Positions 1-9,231 of a stretch of 64,000 bases of DNA are shown here, one piece after another (positions within the stretch are counted from its first letter, which is position 1; every line of letters starts with the position of its first letter). The DNA is from a virus (Duplodnaviria > Heunggongvirae > Uroviricota > Caudoviricetes): IMG/VR virus record IMGVR_UViG_2595698888_000001, positions 1 through 64,000 of that record. One strand, given 5' to 3'. The notes beneath the pieces are model-generated. The model searched no databases. It had not been told where the DNA came from and saw nothing but the letters and a program-made list of their open reading frames with translations. A program made the translations under genes and the position numbers.

Positions 1-129
1 TTGTGCACCAGCATTGTCTCTTATAAATGTATCACCTACATTCTGAGTACTAAAATCAATATCAAGTATTGTAGTACTAGGTGGTAATATATTTCCGTAT
101 TTTATCATCTTTACAAATGGTAACATATA
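1..129 (-). CDS. tail fibre/receptor-binding protein paralog, N-terminal part (3' end lies beyond window start)
   Basis: minus-strand ATG at 129; translated N-terminus MLPFVKMIKYGNILPPSTTILDIDFSTQNVGDT closely matches N-termini of the ORFs 301-1458 and 1804-2436. Confidence 0.45.
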
Positions 130-300
130 ATTTCCCTATAATGGATATAAAGTACTTAAACTATAATCCAAAGTCTATATATCAATATCTTTAATTAATA
201 TAAGGTATTTACCTCATAAATGCATAAATCACAACTGTTAAGTGCACTTAAAACTTAAACATTCCTAGTACTCATAGCACTCATAGTACTACTAAAATAA

Positions 301-1458
301 TTATATCGATAATGGTAATGTAATTGGTTTGAACCTATAACTGTTAGAACCTATACCCGGTGTATGTGTTCCAATAGCCCCCGCTACGTATATCATATTA
401 TCTGTACCTAATATGTATGAATTCGACGAATTTATAAACCATCCATCATTGTATATCGTCTCATCGTGACTGAATTCCGGCAATAATACCTTATCATGTA
501 ATGTCGGTACGTTGTACGAGCTTGTGCTACCTGTACCAATCTTCCCTTGTGTATTATCACCCCAATACTTAAATTCTCCAGTACTGTTATAATAAGCCAC
601 TGCACTGTTATATGCAGAATATATATAATCTGGATTCCCAATAGATGTAACTAATGTCGGTACTGTTACCGTTCCCGCCGTACTACCATTACCATTTTGT
701 CCAGAATTATTAGTGCCCGCTACGTATATCCCATCAATCTTCTTCGTGAAGTAATTATTCGTTCCAACATAAAAATCTAGTACTTCTGTGTTCAAATTTA
801 TAAATGTGCTTCTCGTTACATTCGGATTTAATTGGAATACAGTACTGTTTCCCGATCCAGCTAATGTTCCATCTGTTCGTAAAATGTAAAATGTTCCAGT
901 AGTGTTAAACCTCGCTTTCTGTATAACTGAACCTATATCAGTCCTCAACGCAAATGTACCAAAATTCGTATTACCTAATCCTAATCTTCCATCACCGTTT
1001 GCACCACCAGTATACATAGAACCGTCTTTCATCACTATATTAATATTCTCATACGTAAGCTGTAAGTACTTAATATTATCATAAGTAACTGCACCAAATA
1101 TATTCGTCCTGTCAGTGAATACCATCACACTACTTGCATTTATTCCTAATGCCGTCGCAATCCCTGAACTAAACCATTTGTTATCGTTCGTTATATATAA
1201 CAGTACTCCACCAGGCGACGATATAGAATCACACCAAAAATTCTTTACATTCGTAGCAATCAATGTCCACTGCGTTAATGCAGTACTGCTACCAGTACCA
1301 AACATACCAGAATTGTTAGAACCTATCGCCCATAAATTTCCAGTACTAGTAAGAAATATTGTATTCGATTGATTAAACTTACTCCCCTGTACCTTAATAA
1401 TATGTCCAGGTGCCGGTGCAATATTCCCGTATTGTATTATCCTGCTAAATGGTAACAT
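301..1458 (-). CDS. tail fibre-like protein (Gly/Ser/Asn/Thr-rich, 385 aa)
   Basis: long minus-strand ORF; G/N/S/T-rich repetitive beta-type composition typical of phage fibres; conserved N-terminus MLPFSRIIQYG shared with neighbours. Confidence 0.55.
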   Translation of the reverse strand: MLPFSRIIQYGNIAPAPGHIIKVQGSKFNQSNTIFLTSTGNLWAIGSNNSGMFGTGSSTALTQWTLIATNVKNFWCDSISSPGGVLLYITNDNKWFSSGIATALGINASSVMVFTDRTNIFGAVTYDNIKYLQLTYENINIVMKDGSMYTGGANGDGRLGLGNTNFGTFALRTDIGSVIQKARFNTTGTFYILRTDGTLAGSGNSTVFQLNPNVTRSTFINLNTEVLDFYVGTNNYFTKKIDGIYVAGTNNSGQNGNGSTAGTVTVPTLVTSIGNPDYIYSAYNSAVAYYNSTGEFKYWGDNTQGKIGTGSTSSYNVPTLHDKVLLPEFSHDETIYNDGWFINSSNSYILGTDNMIYVAGAIGTHTPGIGSNSYRFKPITLPLSI

Positions 1459-1504
1459 TGTATTCCCCTATATCTTTTTTTAATATCTAGTATTTACCCA
1501 CTAA

Positions 1505-1533
1505 AACAAAAAAAGCCCGACCTAAGTCGAACT
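1505..1533 (-). terminator. weak hairpin + T7 run on minus strand between fibre genes
   Basis: minus-strand reading: tcgacttaggtcgg followed by gcttttttt immediately after the TGA of the Met-less ORF. Confidence 0.35.
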
Positions 1534-1545
1534 AATGTCTAATCA

Positions 1546-1803
1546 TGTAATCTTCTTTACTGTTCGATTCAAATCCGTCGCTGATGAACCACCAAAAAAT
1601 TGATATATCACCGTATCAGTTTCATGCAACGCACAATGCTCAGAAGCATACCATATCGTACCTTTTATATTATCAGGTGCTCGCTTAAATTGTTCAAGTT
1701 CTTCATCCCATACAAATACACAGAACCTAATGCAATAACTAAATTAGCTCCACCATTGTATGATAACTGCTGACCATAATTACTCCATGTATTGGTGCTT
1801 ATA
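1546..1803 (-). pseudogene. Met-less ORF (about 85 codons) directly downstream of, and out of frame with, fibre gene 1804-2436; possible frameshifted C-terminal continuation
   Basis: translation RVSRLLGFNISTNTWSNYGQQLSYNGGANL...TVKKIT* has fibre-like composition, no ATG, ends just before terminator. Confidence 0.3.
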
Positions 1804-2436
1804 TTAAATCCTAATAATCTTGATACTCTTTAATAACCCATTCCAATATGCAGGAGTACCACCAGTATAAGAACCACCTATGCTAAAATTCGTACCAGCA
1901 CCAAATGGACTCAATGTATGCCTCTGCACTAAACCATTAACAGTAGTTGTTATTCCAGTACTATCTACCTTAAATGATACAATATCCCAACCAGTATTCA
2001 CTACCGTACCAAACTGTATAGTCCTGTAAGTACTTCCAGAATCCATAAACATCTGATACACCCCCGCTGATGGATTGTTACTCATATTCATCCCAGGTAT
2101 TCGTCCAACATTATAATCACCAGTGCAAAATATTTCTCCTACAGGAGCAGAGTTGTTATTAAGTACTAACTGAATCTCAAAACTATGTCCGGGTAATGTT
2201 AAGTACGCATTCATCGGACATATGTACTTAGTATTGTTAAAACGCATTACATTAGATCCTAGTACTTCATTATACTCAACCACCCCAGATGTAGTTCCTG
2301 ATTGTAACGAAAATATACTATGTCCAGTACGGTCTATAATAGAAGTATCTCCAACTGATTGCGTACTAAAATCAATATCAAGTACTACTTCCTTTCCTAT
2401 ATCTCCGTACCGGAATATCCTTGCAAATGGTAACAT
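1804..2436 (-). CDS. tail fibre-like protein paralog (210 aa as called)
   Basis: N-terminus MLPFARIFRYGDIGKEVVLDIDFSTQSVGDT shared with other two fibre ORFs; G/T/S-rich. Confidence 0.5.
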   Translation of the reverse strand: MLPFARIFRYGDIGKEVVLDIDFSTQSVGDTSIIDRTGHSIFSLQSGTTSGVVEYNEVLGSNVMRFNNTKYICPMNAYLTLPGHSFEIQLVLNNNSAPVGEIFCTGDYNVGRIPGMNMSNNPSAGVYQMFMDSGSTYRTIQFGTVVNTGWDIVSFKVDSTGITTTVNGLVQRHTLSPFGAGTNFSIGGSYTGGTPAYWNGLLKSIKIIRI

Positions 2437-3526
2437 ATCTAACCCTCTTATTAAAATTATAATATAGTATTTACTTAGGAGTACTACAATAACCAGTACT
2501 CCAGTACTATAGAAGAACTTATCAACTTCTCAAATATCCCCTCAATATACCCTTAGAACGCTATAGGAAACACTCAGAGAGCATATGTTTGATTCCTGTA
2601 GATAACGCTTTGCGATATCGAAAGGATTCAAACAGCCTAAAATAACGTTTACGATATGCGTCACTCTATATTATAATACTTTAAAATTATATATTATCAC
2701 TATCTTTCTAGTACTATTCAACGTATAAGATAAAAGAATATCAGTACTAATCAGTACTGACAACTATTGTTCAGTACTGTTAACCCCTTCCACTATATCT
2801 GTTCCTGAAGTCGAATGCAAACCGCACAAAAAGTACAGTAACCTTTTTTCAAAAATGATAAGATGAGGTGAGGGAAAATCTGGAAGGTACGTGAAATCAA
2901 ATACCGATCCTAAAAATTTTGGAGTACCTTCGAAAGTTTTTCTGAGATCTCAAAAGTACTCAAACGTAAAAACCAATCAGCAAAATTTCATTTGATACTT
3001 TATTTTTATTGATGATCATTACAGTACTGAACAACGATACAGTACACAGGTGGTAGGTATTATATCAGTACTTGTATATGTCAGAAAATGTAAAGAGCTT
3101 TTAAAATTATAGAATCAGCTTGACGAGAGCGGGTGGATTTAGTATTATGGATTTACACGGTGAGGGGAGGCAATTGAGCCTGGTTCTTACAAGTACTGAC
3201 ATTACTTTTGATGATGTTGGTCATGATACAATTTACCGTATCATTTTCGATCCTCTTTATTGCTTAGGAAATATTGAGTACTAAGTATATTGTAATAATT
3301 GAGTACTTTGTATAGTACTATGTAGTATGCATTTATATTTGACGGTGTACGCCAATATGAATGGATAATGCTAGTACTATACAGTTTTAATTGAGAAAAG
3401 GTACAGATACAGTAACAGTACTGTTACCCTGAATTTTGGGTGTACTATCCCTATCTGCTATCGTTAGATGGATAGACTTCTGGCAGTGTAGATGGATAGA
3501 TGTTTATACGTCTGGACTGCTATCCT

Positions 3527-3590
3527 TCTGGATGGCTAAACGGCTAGATGGCTACCCATCTGGATGGATAGACGTTTAGACGGCTAAATG
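3527..3590. repeat. four tandem 16-bp iteron-like direct repeats (CTRGAYGGMTA core); further copies at 3467 and 3491 and inverted ctatcc copies at 3447/3520
   Basis: ctggatggctaaacgg / ctagatggctacccat / ctggatggatagacgt / ttagacggctaaatga in exact 16-bp register. Confidence 0.6.
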
Positions 3591-3788
3591 ATTTTTTCTG
3601 TCAAAATTCCATTAGCTCCCCTTCCGCGACTGGATGGAACCAGGCAGAATCGAAAGTCGTCTTTTCGTGTTGACAGGGATATAATACCACACTGAAAAAC
3701 AATTGCAAGGGATTTTTTGCAGAAAAATAAATTTGACAAGTGATTCAGGATTATAGTACTATATAAGCAAGCCAGAGAAATGGCGTCG

Positions 3789-3857
3789 CCCACAGGGTGC
3801 GGAGATCTGCCTATTGATATTTAAATGAATTTTGGATACAATTCCGCACCCTGTGGG
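3789..3857. repeat. long inverted repeat (cccacagggtgcgga ... tccgcaccctgtggg) with about 40-nt AT-rich loop; member of 26-bp element family
   Basis: perfect 15-bp arms; same element recurs at 6618-6686 and 22899-22969 and as single copies elsewhere. Confidence 0.6.
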
Positions 3858-4246
3858 TCAAGGAGTTCCGCCTCCATGTAAGATATTATGCCAGTACTGC
3901 GATCATAATGCAAGTACTTTTTGTGATTTTCTTTAAAAAAGTTTCCCCTTCTATATACGTATAAAGGAAGCGTTTAGAGCGTGTCAGATCCTGGGGCTTA
4001 CAGTTTTGTACTTTATACTTTATAAAGCCGTGTAAAGCGTCCTATGCGTTCTATGTTTGCGTATGTGTATATAGAGAAGAAAAAGGCTGTTAGAAAGAAT
4101 TTTATAAAAACTTGTATAAAGTACTTGCAAGGTTTTTTCGGTGTGATAGTATTAACCACGTCGAACAGGACAACGCTCTTTAAAAACTTGCTGGTGAATA
4201 CTTAAACATGCCTCCAGGTACTTTGAAAAAAGAATCTGAGAGAATG

Positions 4247-4282
4247 AAAAAAGTACTTGACGGCAAGATTAGAAAGTGTAGA
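4247..4282 (+). promoter_or_regulatory. sigma70-like promoter (AAGTACTTGACG - spacer - TAGAAT) preceding an ORF-free GC-rich segment
   Basis: -35/-10 hexamers with 16-17 bp spacer and AGTACT immediately 5' of -35 as in other promoters of this window. Confidence 0.4.
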
Positions 4283-4491
4283 ATGTTCAATATCGAAAGG
4301 CGGCAAGGTTCGCCGGATGGTAGGAAACGGTGGCGGGGCGATTCAGTACTGCTACAGTGATAAGCGAAAAGAGCTATCACAGCGTTATAAAGGTTAACAT
4401 AACTGTTAACGTCCTATCTGCCGCCCGACGATGCTTTCTGTACTGTAAAAGGTACGAAAGAAAAAAGATTCAGAAAGTTATCAAAAAGTAC

Positions 4492-4520
4492 TTGACTGCC
4501 TGAATCGCACGATGTAAGAT
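4492..4520 (+). promoter_or_regulatory. promoter TTGACT-17-TAAGAT for gene 4583-5257
   Basis: aaaaagtacTTGACTgcctgaatcgcacgatgTAAGATg; RBS aaggtatataatcATG follows. Confidence 0.5.
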
Positions 4521-4582
4521 GTTAAGCAAGCCAGATGGCTAACCCAAAATTCAAAATTTAACTTTTAAGAAGGTATATAATC

Positions 4583-5257
4583 ATGACTACTACTAACACC
4601 ACTAAAGCCGCAAAAGTTACTCTGAACTCTATCGTGTTCGCTGCCGCCCCGGTTCTGCGTGAACTGAAAGAAGGTGAGTCTTACACCAAAACCGAAATGA
4701 AGCAGTTTGAAAAAGAACTGGCCGAACATGTTCGCACTACGTCGCTGGATCTGGCACGTTACATCGTGAACAAAACCGAAAACACCGACCTGATTTCCAA
4801 ACTGCTGGCGGCGACGGTGGAAGCGATTCCTTCTGTGGTTGATGAAGTGCTGAAAGCGAAACAGGAAGAAGAAGCCCGCAAAGCGGAAGAAAAACGCAAA
4901 GCGGAAGAAGAACGTCAGGCCCAGCTCCAGGCCGCCGCTGAAGAACTGGAGAAGAAAAAACAGGATATGCTTAAAGTTCTGACTGATAACGGCGTGGATC
5001 TGGAAGTCGCCAAAGCGATGGTAGCCGCTGGTGCGAAAAACCTGGCTCCGGCTCATGCGGTGAAAAACTCTTACGAACGTGTATCCTGCACTATTGAAGG
5101 CAATCAGTACGATGTTCCGGTGCGTGGCAACATGTCTCAGGCACTGAAAGACCTGGCAGCGAAATACGGTTTCGCCGATGACCGCGAAGGCTTTATCGAA
5201 AAATTCCGCGATGAACCTGCAACGGCGAACGCTGAAGAAAACACCGCCGAAGCGTAA
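4583..5257 (+). CDS. hypothetical Lys/Glu-rich coiled-coil protein with anomalous (about 50% GC, E. coli-like) codon usage
   Basis: 224-aa ORF; central KAEEKRKAEEERQAQLQAAAEELEKKKQ; ctg/cgt/ccg/gaa codon bias unlike rest of window; not recognised as a known family. Confidence 0.65.
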   Translation: MTTTNTTKAAKVTLNSIVFAAAPVLRELKEGESYTKTEMKQFEKELAEHVRTTSLDLARYIVNKTENTDLISKLLAATVEAIPSVVDEVLKAKQEEEARKAEEKRKAEEERQAQLQAAAEELEKKKQDMLKVLTDNGVDLEVAKAMVAAGAKNLAPAHAVKNSYERVSCTIEGNQYDVPVRGNMSQALKDLAAKYGFADDREGFIEKFRDEPATANAEENTAEA

Positions 5258-5277
5258 TACCAAAAGTAATACGGCAA

Positions 5278-5298
5278 GGGGGCTAGAAAGCCCCCTAA
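5278..5298 (+). terminator. stem-loop gggggctagaaagccccc after 4583 gene (weak T tract)
   Basis: 6-bp GC stem directly after stop codon. Confidence 0.35.
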
Positions 5299-5404
5299 GC
5301 CTTTCTAACAGTACTGTAATACATTTCCTCAAAAGTACTGTTAGAAACGCTTAGAATCAATCCTACAGCGTTTTACGATACATTTTTAATTGAGAGTAAA
5401 CGCT

Positions 5405-5674
5405 ATGGAACTAAAACCACTTTCTGAACTCCGCGATAAAAAAACCATTGTCGCCAGGACAATGATCCACACTTCCCCACGTCAAAAGGTTTTATCTGGC
5501 TATCTGGTTTTTGTGCTGGATGGTAAACTAATACAACGCCGGATCTATGATATGGCTTATAATAGTACTTTTAATAGTGCTATGTATATAGTTTACAAAG
5601 GCGTAAACTATGCCGTAGATCTTGCCTGTAAGACGATTAGCGGGGCTTTCAGTGTTCAAACGTTGAAAGTATAA
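5405..5674 (+). CDS. hypothetical protein (90 aa)
   Basis: ORF with RBS ttgagagtaaacgctATG; start moved to first ATG. Confidence 0.5.
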   Translation: MELKPLSELRDKKTIVARTMIHTSPRQKVLSGYLVFVLDGKLIQRRIYDMAYNSTFNSAMYIVYKGVNYAVDLACKTISGAFSVQTLKV

Positions 5675-5796
5675 GCCTACAATCAAAAGCCCTTAGAGAA
5701 CGTGCTAAGGGCTTTATATTTGATTTTAAAAAATCCTTGCAATAAACTTTCAAACGTGTAGAATTACTTATATCGAAAGAATGTGGAGTAAACAAG

Positions 5797-6189
5797 ATGG
5801 AAAGTAAAGCTAAGTTTGAACAATACAGATTAGTTTTGGATGTACTGATTCAAATGAAAGATTGTATTGACCGCGATGATACTTATACTACAGTACTGGA
5901 TAAGTCATTCAATCTTACCCGATCCCTGGGTATCTGCTGGCATGTATATGTTCACACTCCACCAGCGGAGATCACTGGTATCGGATCGGACTATCTTGAA
6001 CCTGCATTCATTGCGTTAGGGCTTGATCGTGAATATCCGGTTGAAAGCCAGGTTGATACTGATTCGCCGCGAATCCTGCACTTTTCACAGCGTAACCTGT
6101 ACGATCCTGATAACGAGTGCGGAAAGTTACGGATCAAGTTGGTTAATGATTTGATTCAGTACTTTGAAACAGAATTACAAAAGTCTTAA
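5797..6189 (+). CDS. hypothetical protein (130 aa)
   Basis: ORF with RBS ggagtaaacaagATG and upstream TTGCAA/TAGAAT promoter. Confidence 0.6.
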   Translation: MESKAKFEQYRLVLDVLIQMKDCIDRDDTYTTVLDKSFNLTRSLGICWHVYVHTPPAEITGIGSDYLEPAFIALGLDREYPVESQVDTDSPRILHFSQRNLYDPDNECGKLRIKLVNDLIQYFETELQKS

Positions 6190-6258
6190 AAAGTACTTGT
6201 ATATTAATTTAGAATCTGTATAATACGTAAGTATAGAGAAACAACAGAGATTAAGAAA

Positions 6259-6543
6259 ATGCAAATTACACTTAACGGATTTACTTTTGTTAAGAACGCA
6301 AATGGTACTGATAACATCCAATCAGTACTTAAAAACAAAGACAATAAAGCATTAGGCGGCATTGTCAAAGAAGGTAACAAGATGGCGAAGCTTGAACGTC
6401 TGAAACAATCGCCGGAAACGTTAGATTTCCTTTGTAAAGTACTGGAAGAAACAAATCAAGTTTATTCAGTACAGAAAGCGGCGAAACCACGTAATAAGTA
6501 CAAAGGTAAATTTAATCCCAACATTCATTCAGTTGGTGCATAA
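6259..6543 (+). CDS. hypothetical protein (94 aa)
   Basis: ORF; RBS agagattaagaaaATG; upstream ttgtat...tataat promoter. Confidence 0.55.
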   Translation: MQITLNGFTFVKNANGTDNIQSVLKNKDNKALGGIVKEGNKMAKLERLKQSPETLDFLCKVLEETNQVYSVQKAAKPRNKYKGKFNPNIHSVGA

Positions 6544-6554
6544 ATCTTTACAAA

Positions 6555-6595
6555 ACGGGGGTTGACATCAGCCCCCGAAAAATGCAATAATGTTT
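6555..6595 (+). promoter_or_regulatory. terminator-promoter hybrid: hairpin cgggggTTGACAtcagcccccg with -35 in loop, then tgcAATAAT
   Basis: near-identical copy at 23546-23580; followed by conserved leader caagccggaacaaaggcgtagccca. Confidence 0.5.
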
Positions 6596-6617
6596 ACAAG
6601 CCGGAACAAAGGCGTAG

Positions 6618-6686
6618 CCCATAGGATGCGGAGATCTATCTATTGTTTTTTATTTTAATTTTAGATAGATCTCCGCACCCTATGGG
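6618..6686. repeat. 25-bp inverted repeat cccataggatgcggagatctatcta ... tagatagatctccgcaccctatggg with 19-nt AT loop
   Basis: one mismatch between arms; element family member. Confidence 0.65.
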
Positions 6687-6883
6687 TTAGGACGTTTCGC
6701 CGTCTTGATAGTAATAATAGCAGTACTGAAAAGCCTTGTCAAGCAAAAAAATGGGGAACTTTCCTTGCTCCCCTGTAAATGTTTCAAAGGCATATATTAG
6801 ACTACTGCGAAGCGTTGTTAATCGCAGGTAGTACTATAACAGAACGTGGCAGAGATCGCAAATATATTTTGATGCTTAATATA

Positions 6884-6963
6884 CTTTTAAACGTGAAAAG
6901 TACTTGCAAAGAATGATTAAAAGAGTATACTTAACTTATCGAAACAAACGAGAGGATTTAAAA
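6884..6963 (+). repeat. promoter/5'UTR/RBS cassette copy 1 (atacttttaaacgtgaaaagtacTTGCAAagaat...TATACT...tatcgaaacaaacgagaggatttaaaaATG)
   Basis: near-identical cassettes at 9232-9318 and 14428-14512; RBS part also at 7271-7300. Confidence 0.6.
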
Positions 6964-7236
6964 ATGGCTAGTTACAGTGCGTCAATGATTGTTAAGGATT
7001 TAGCTGGAAAGCCGTGTTTAGCTTGCGGTTCCTTTGGTAACATTGCGATAGATGGTAGATTATCTATTTCCAGGGCGATAGAGATCGCGGAGGAAAGTTT
7101 TAAGAAAGAATCCAAATTTCAAAACAGCGAATACTTGGGATTTGTAATTGAGAAAACTTCTCGATTCGTTGAATATCGTAAACCGAGTATTATCGGTAAT
7201 AAAGAAGTAAAAACTTTTAAAGAACTTGAACGATAA
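6964..7236 (+). CDS. hypothetical protein (90 aa)
   Basis: ATG after conserved RBS gagaggatttaaaaATG; ORF-track start 6904 lies inside the promoter. Confidence 0.55.
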   Translation: MASYSASMIVKDLAGKPCLACGSFGNIAIDGRLSISRAIEIAEESFKKESKFQNSEYLGFVIEKTSRFVEYRKPSIIGNKEVKTFKELER

Positions 7237-7300
7237 TACTTGTAAAGTGGGTAATGGTTTAGTACTGTTACCCTATCGAAACGAACTTGAGGATTTAAAA

Positions 7301-7747
7301 ATGGGAACTCCAGCATGTATCGCAGTAATGAACGATAAGAAAGAAGTTACCTGGACTTATGTTAACTATGACGGGTATTTAAACGGCGTAGGCAGAATGT
7401 TGAACGAGTATTACAACGATCTGATAATGGCTAAAAAATTGATTTCGATGGGTGATATTTCAGTACTGAAAAAGACGATGGATTGCCCGGTCGGTCACTC
7501 ATTCGCTACACCTGCCCCGGATTGCACAGTATTCTATGAGCGTGATCGAGGTGAAGATAATGTAAAACCACGTCACGGCGATTATGCTATGTTCCTGCGT
7601 TGTAATAAGGGGACAATTAGTTATATCTACACGGATGGACAATGGCATATAGTACGAGAAACAAGTAAACGCGGGGCAATTTTAGACCGTCATAAATTGT
7701 TAGTACTTGGCGAAGTGTTATCCGGTTTATATGATTTTTCGCGTTAA
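7301..7747 (+). CDS. hypothetical protein (148 aa)
   Basis: ATG after duplicated RBS cgaaacgaacttgaggatttaaaaATG. Confidence 0.55.
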   Translation: MGTPACIAVMNDKKEVTWTYVNYDGYLNGVGRMLNEYYNDLIMAKKLISMGDISVLKKTMDCPVGHSFATPAPDCTVFYERDRGEDNVKPRHGDYAMFLRCNKGTISYIYTDGQWHIVRETSKRGAILDRHKLLVLGEVLSGLYDFSR

Positions 7748-7765
7748 TTAAATTGCATATAGTAC

Positions 7766-7793
7766 TTGCAAAATTCTGCGAGTACTATATAAT
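7766..7793 (+). promoter_or_regulatory. early promoter agtacTTGCAA-16-TATAAT
   Basis: tagtacTTGCAAaattctgcgagtacTATAAT. Confidence 0.55.
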
Positions 7794-7823
7794 TACTTAT
7801 ATCTTAAACGGGAGAACAAAGAA

Positions 7824-8279
7824 ATGAAAGCTAACGAATTTGAACAGAAAGTAAGAGAATCCTTTTTGAAGTACTTTCCAAACGGTCATATTCGTTTATC
7901 TAAACTTGCGTTAGGTGGCGGCTTACATATTGCTTGTGGCCTGATTGCAAACGTTAAAGAGATCACCGCCACTATTCGCGAAAATGATCCGTTAAACGTT
8001 TCTATCTTTATTCATGATAACTATGTTTTCAATGATTCAGAAACGGATCTTGATAATGTAGTACTTGAATTTGACAATTCGCATATATCGGTTATTCCTG
8101 ATAATCCGCATATGTACAGCCAATCGCACAAGATCGCCGCACGTAAAATTAACGCTGCACCAGAAAAAGCACTGCAAAACCTGGATAAGTATTTTAAACG
8201 TGTTAAAGATGTTGTATCCGAGCAAGCGGCATTAAATCGGATTATCAAACAAGATACAATTGATCCGAAATATCTGTAA
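7824..8279 (+). CDS. hypothetical protein (151 aa)
   Basis: ORF with RBS gggagaacaaagaaATG. Confidence 0.55.
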   Translation: MKANEFEQKVRESFLKYFPNGHIRLSKLALGGGLHIACGLIANVKEITATIRENDPLNVSIFIHDNYVFNDSETDLDNVVLEFDNSHISVIPDNPHMYSQSHKIAARKINAAPEKALQNLDKYFKRVKDVVSEQAALNRIIKQDTIDPKYL

Positions 8280-8297
8280 AGTTATTAATCAAAGTAC

Positions 8298-8326
8298 TTG
8301 CAAAATGAATGCGAGTACTTTATAAT
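8298..8326 (+). promoter_or_regulatory. early promoter TTGCAA-17-TATAAT
   Basis: aaagtacTTGCAAaatgaatgcgagtacttTATAAT. Confidence 0.55.
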
Positions 8327-8356
8327 TAACTTATATTAAGTAAGAGAGAAAACAAA

Positions 8357-8779
8357 ATGAAATTAGATGTAAGAGGTTATTCTGAAGGTGGCTACTGTTT
8401 CCTGTACGATGGTAAGCCGGTTTCCATTCATGAAGCAATGGTCGCGAACGGCGGGAAGTTTTCAAAGCGTACTACTAACGCCTTGAACCGTAGAAATCTG
8501 CCTAGTGTTGAATGGCTAAAAGTGTTTGAAAAAGATGTAGCCACGTTACATACTGGCTTAGATGCTCCTGGTGCCCGTAAAGTACTGAGGGATCATTATA
8601 ACATCGATGTACTTAAACGTGACTATTATCATTTGTCAAGTTCAGAAGTATACGATCTTAAAACTGTATACAAAATGTGCAAATATAAAGTAACAGTTAA
8701 AGAACCTGCACACTCTGAGATGTACTACTTTTTCCAGTACTTGTCAAGGAAAGATGTGCATCCACTCGAAAAGAATTAA
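8357..8779 (+). CDS. hypothetical protein (140 aa)
   Basis: ORF with RBS agagagaaaacaaaATG. Confidence 0.55.
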   Translation: MKLDVRGYSEGGYCFLYDGKPVSIHEAMVANGGKFSKRTTNALNRRNLPSVEWLKVFEKDVATLHTGLDAPGARKVLRDHYNIDVLKRDYYHLSSSEVYDLKTVYKMCKYKVTVKEPAHSEMYYFFQYLSRKDVHPLEKN

Positions 8780-8786
8780 TTAAAGA

Positions 8787-8821
8787 AAGGGGTTGACTTC
8801 GGTTAGCCCCTTCTGTATACT
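8787..8821 (+). promoter_or_regulatory. terminator-promoter hybrid: aaaggggTTGACTtcggttagcccctt hairpin, -10 TATACT 17 bp downstream
   Basis: stem ggggtt/agcccc enclosing -35; followed by conserved leader gtattcattggcagataaagccgcaagcccatagggtgcata. Confidence 0.55.
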
Positions 8822-9196
8822 GTATTCATTGGCAGATAAAGCCGCAAGCCCATAGGGTGCATAATTGTATCTATAATATTAAGAATAAAAAAAAGATAAA
8901 ATAATCCTTGCAATCAAACGATGAATAGATTAATATGTAGTTCTCGACACGCAATAACGCGATAACCTAAAAGAAGGAAAGCAGATATTCTATCAGGCTC
9001 ATATCCTGATAGCAGTACTAATAACCTGAGACACATAGCACACCGATAAGTCTATGTTAGGATGCATTAGCGAAAGCACATCACTGGATGAATGCATAGT
9101 ACTGGTAGAATATGCGGTATTATCTTTATAAGAGAATATATGAGATAAACTTAATGCGGCCTTAATGGGCGTGGCGTGTATCAAAAGCCACCGTTA

Positions 9197-9229
9197 AACG
9201 CTCCCTTAATGGGGGCGTTTTTCGTTTTG
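9197..9229 (+). terminator. rho-independent terminator closing the 8.8-9.2 kb ORF-free transcript
   Basis: aacgctcccttaatgggggcgtt + tttcgtttt. Confidence 0.5.
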
Positions 9230-9231
9230 GA

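Noticed and set aside
4565-5332. 255-aa minus-strand ORF antisense to the 4583-5257 gene
   Set aside because: Phe/Arg-rich shadow ORF of a GC-rich coding sequence. The sense frame has the clear codon bias and promoter/RBS.
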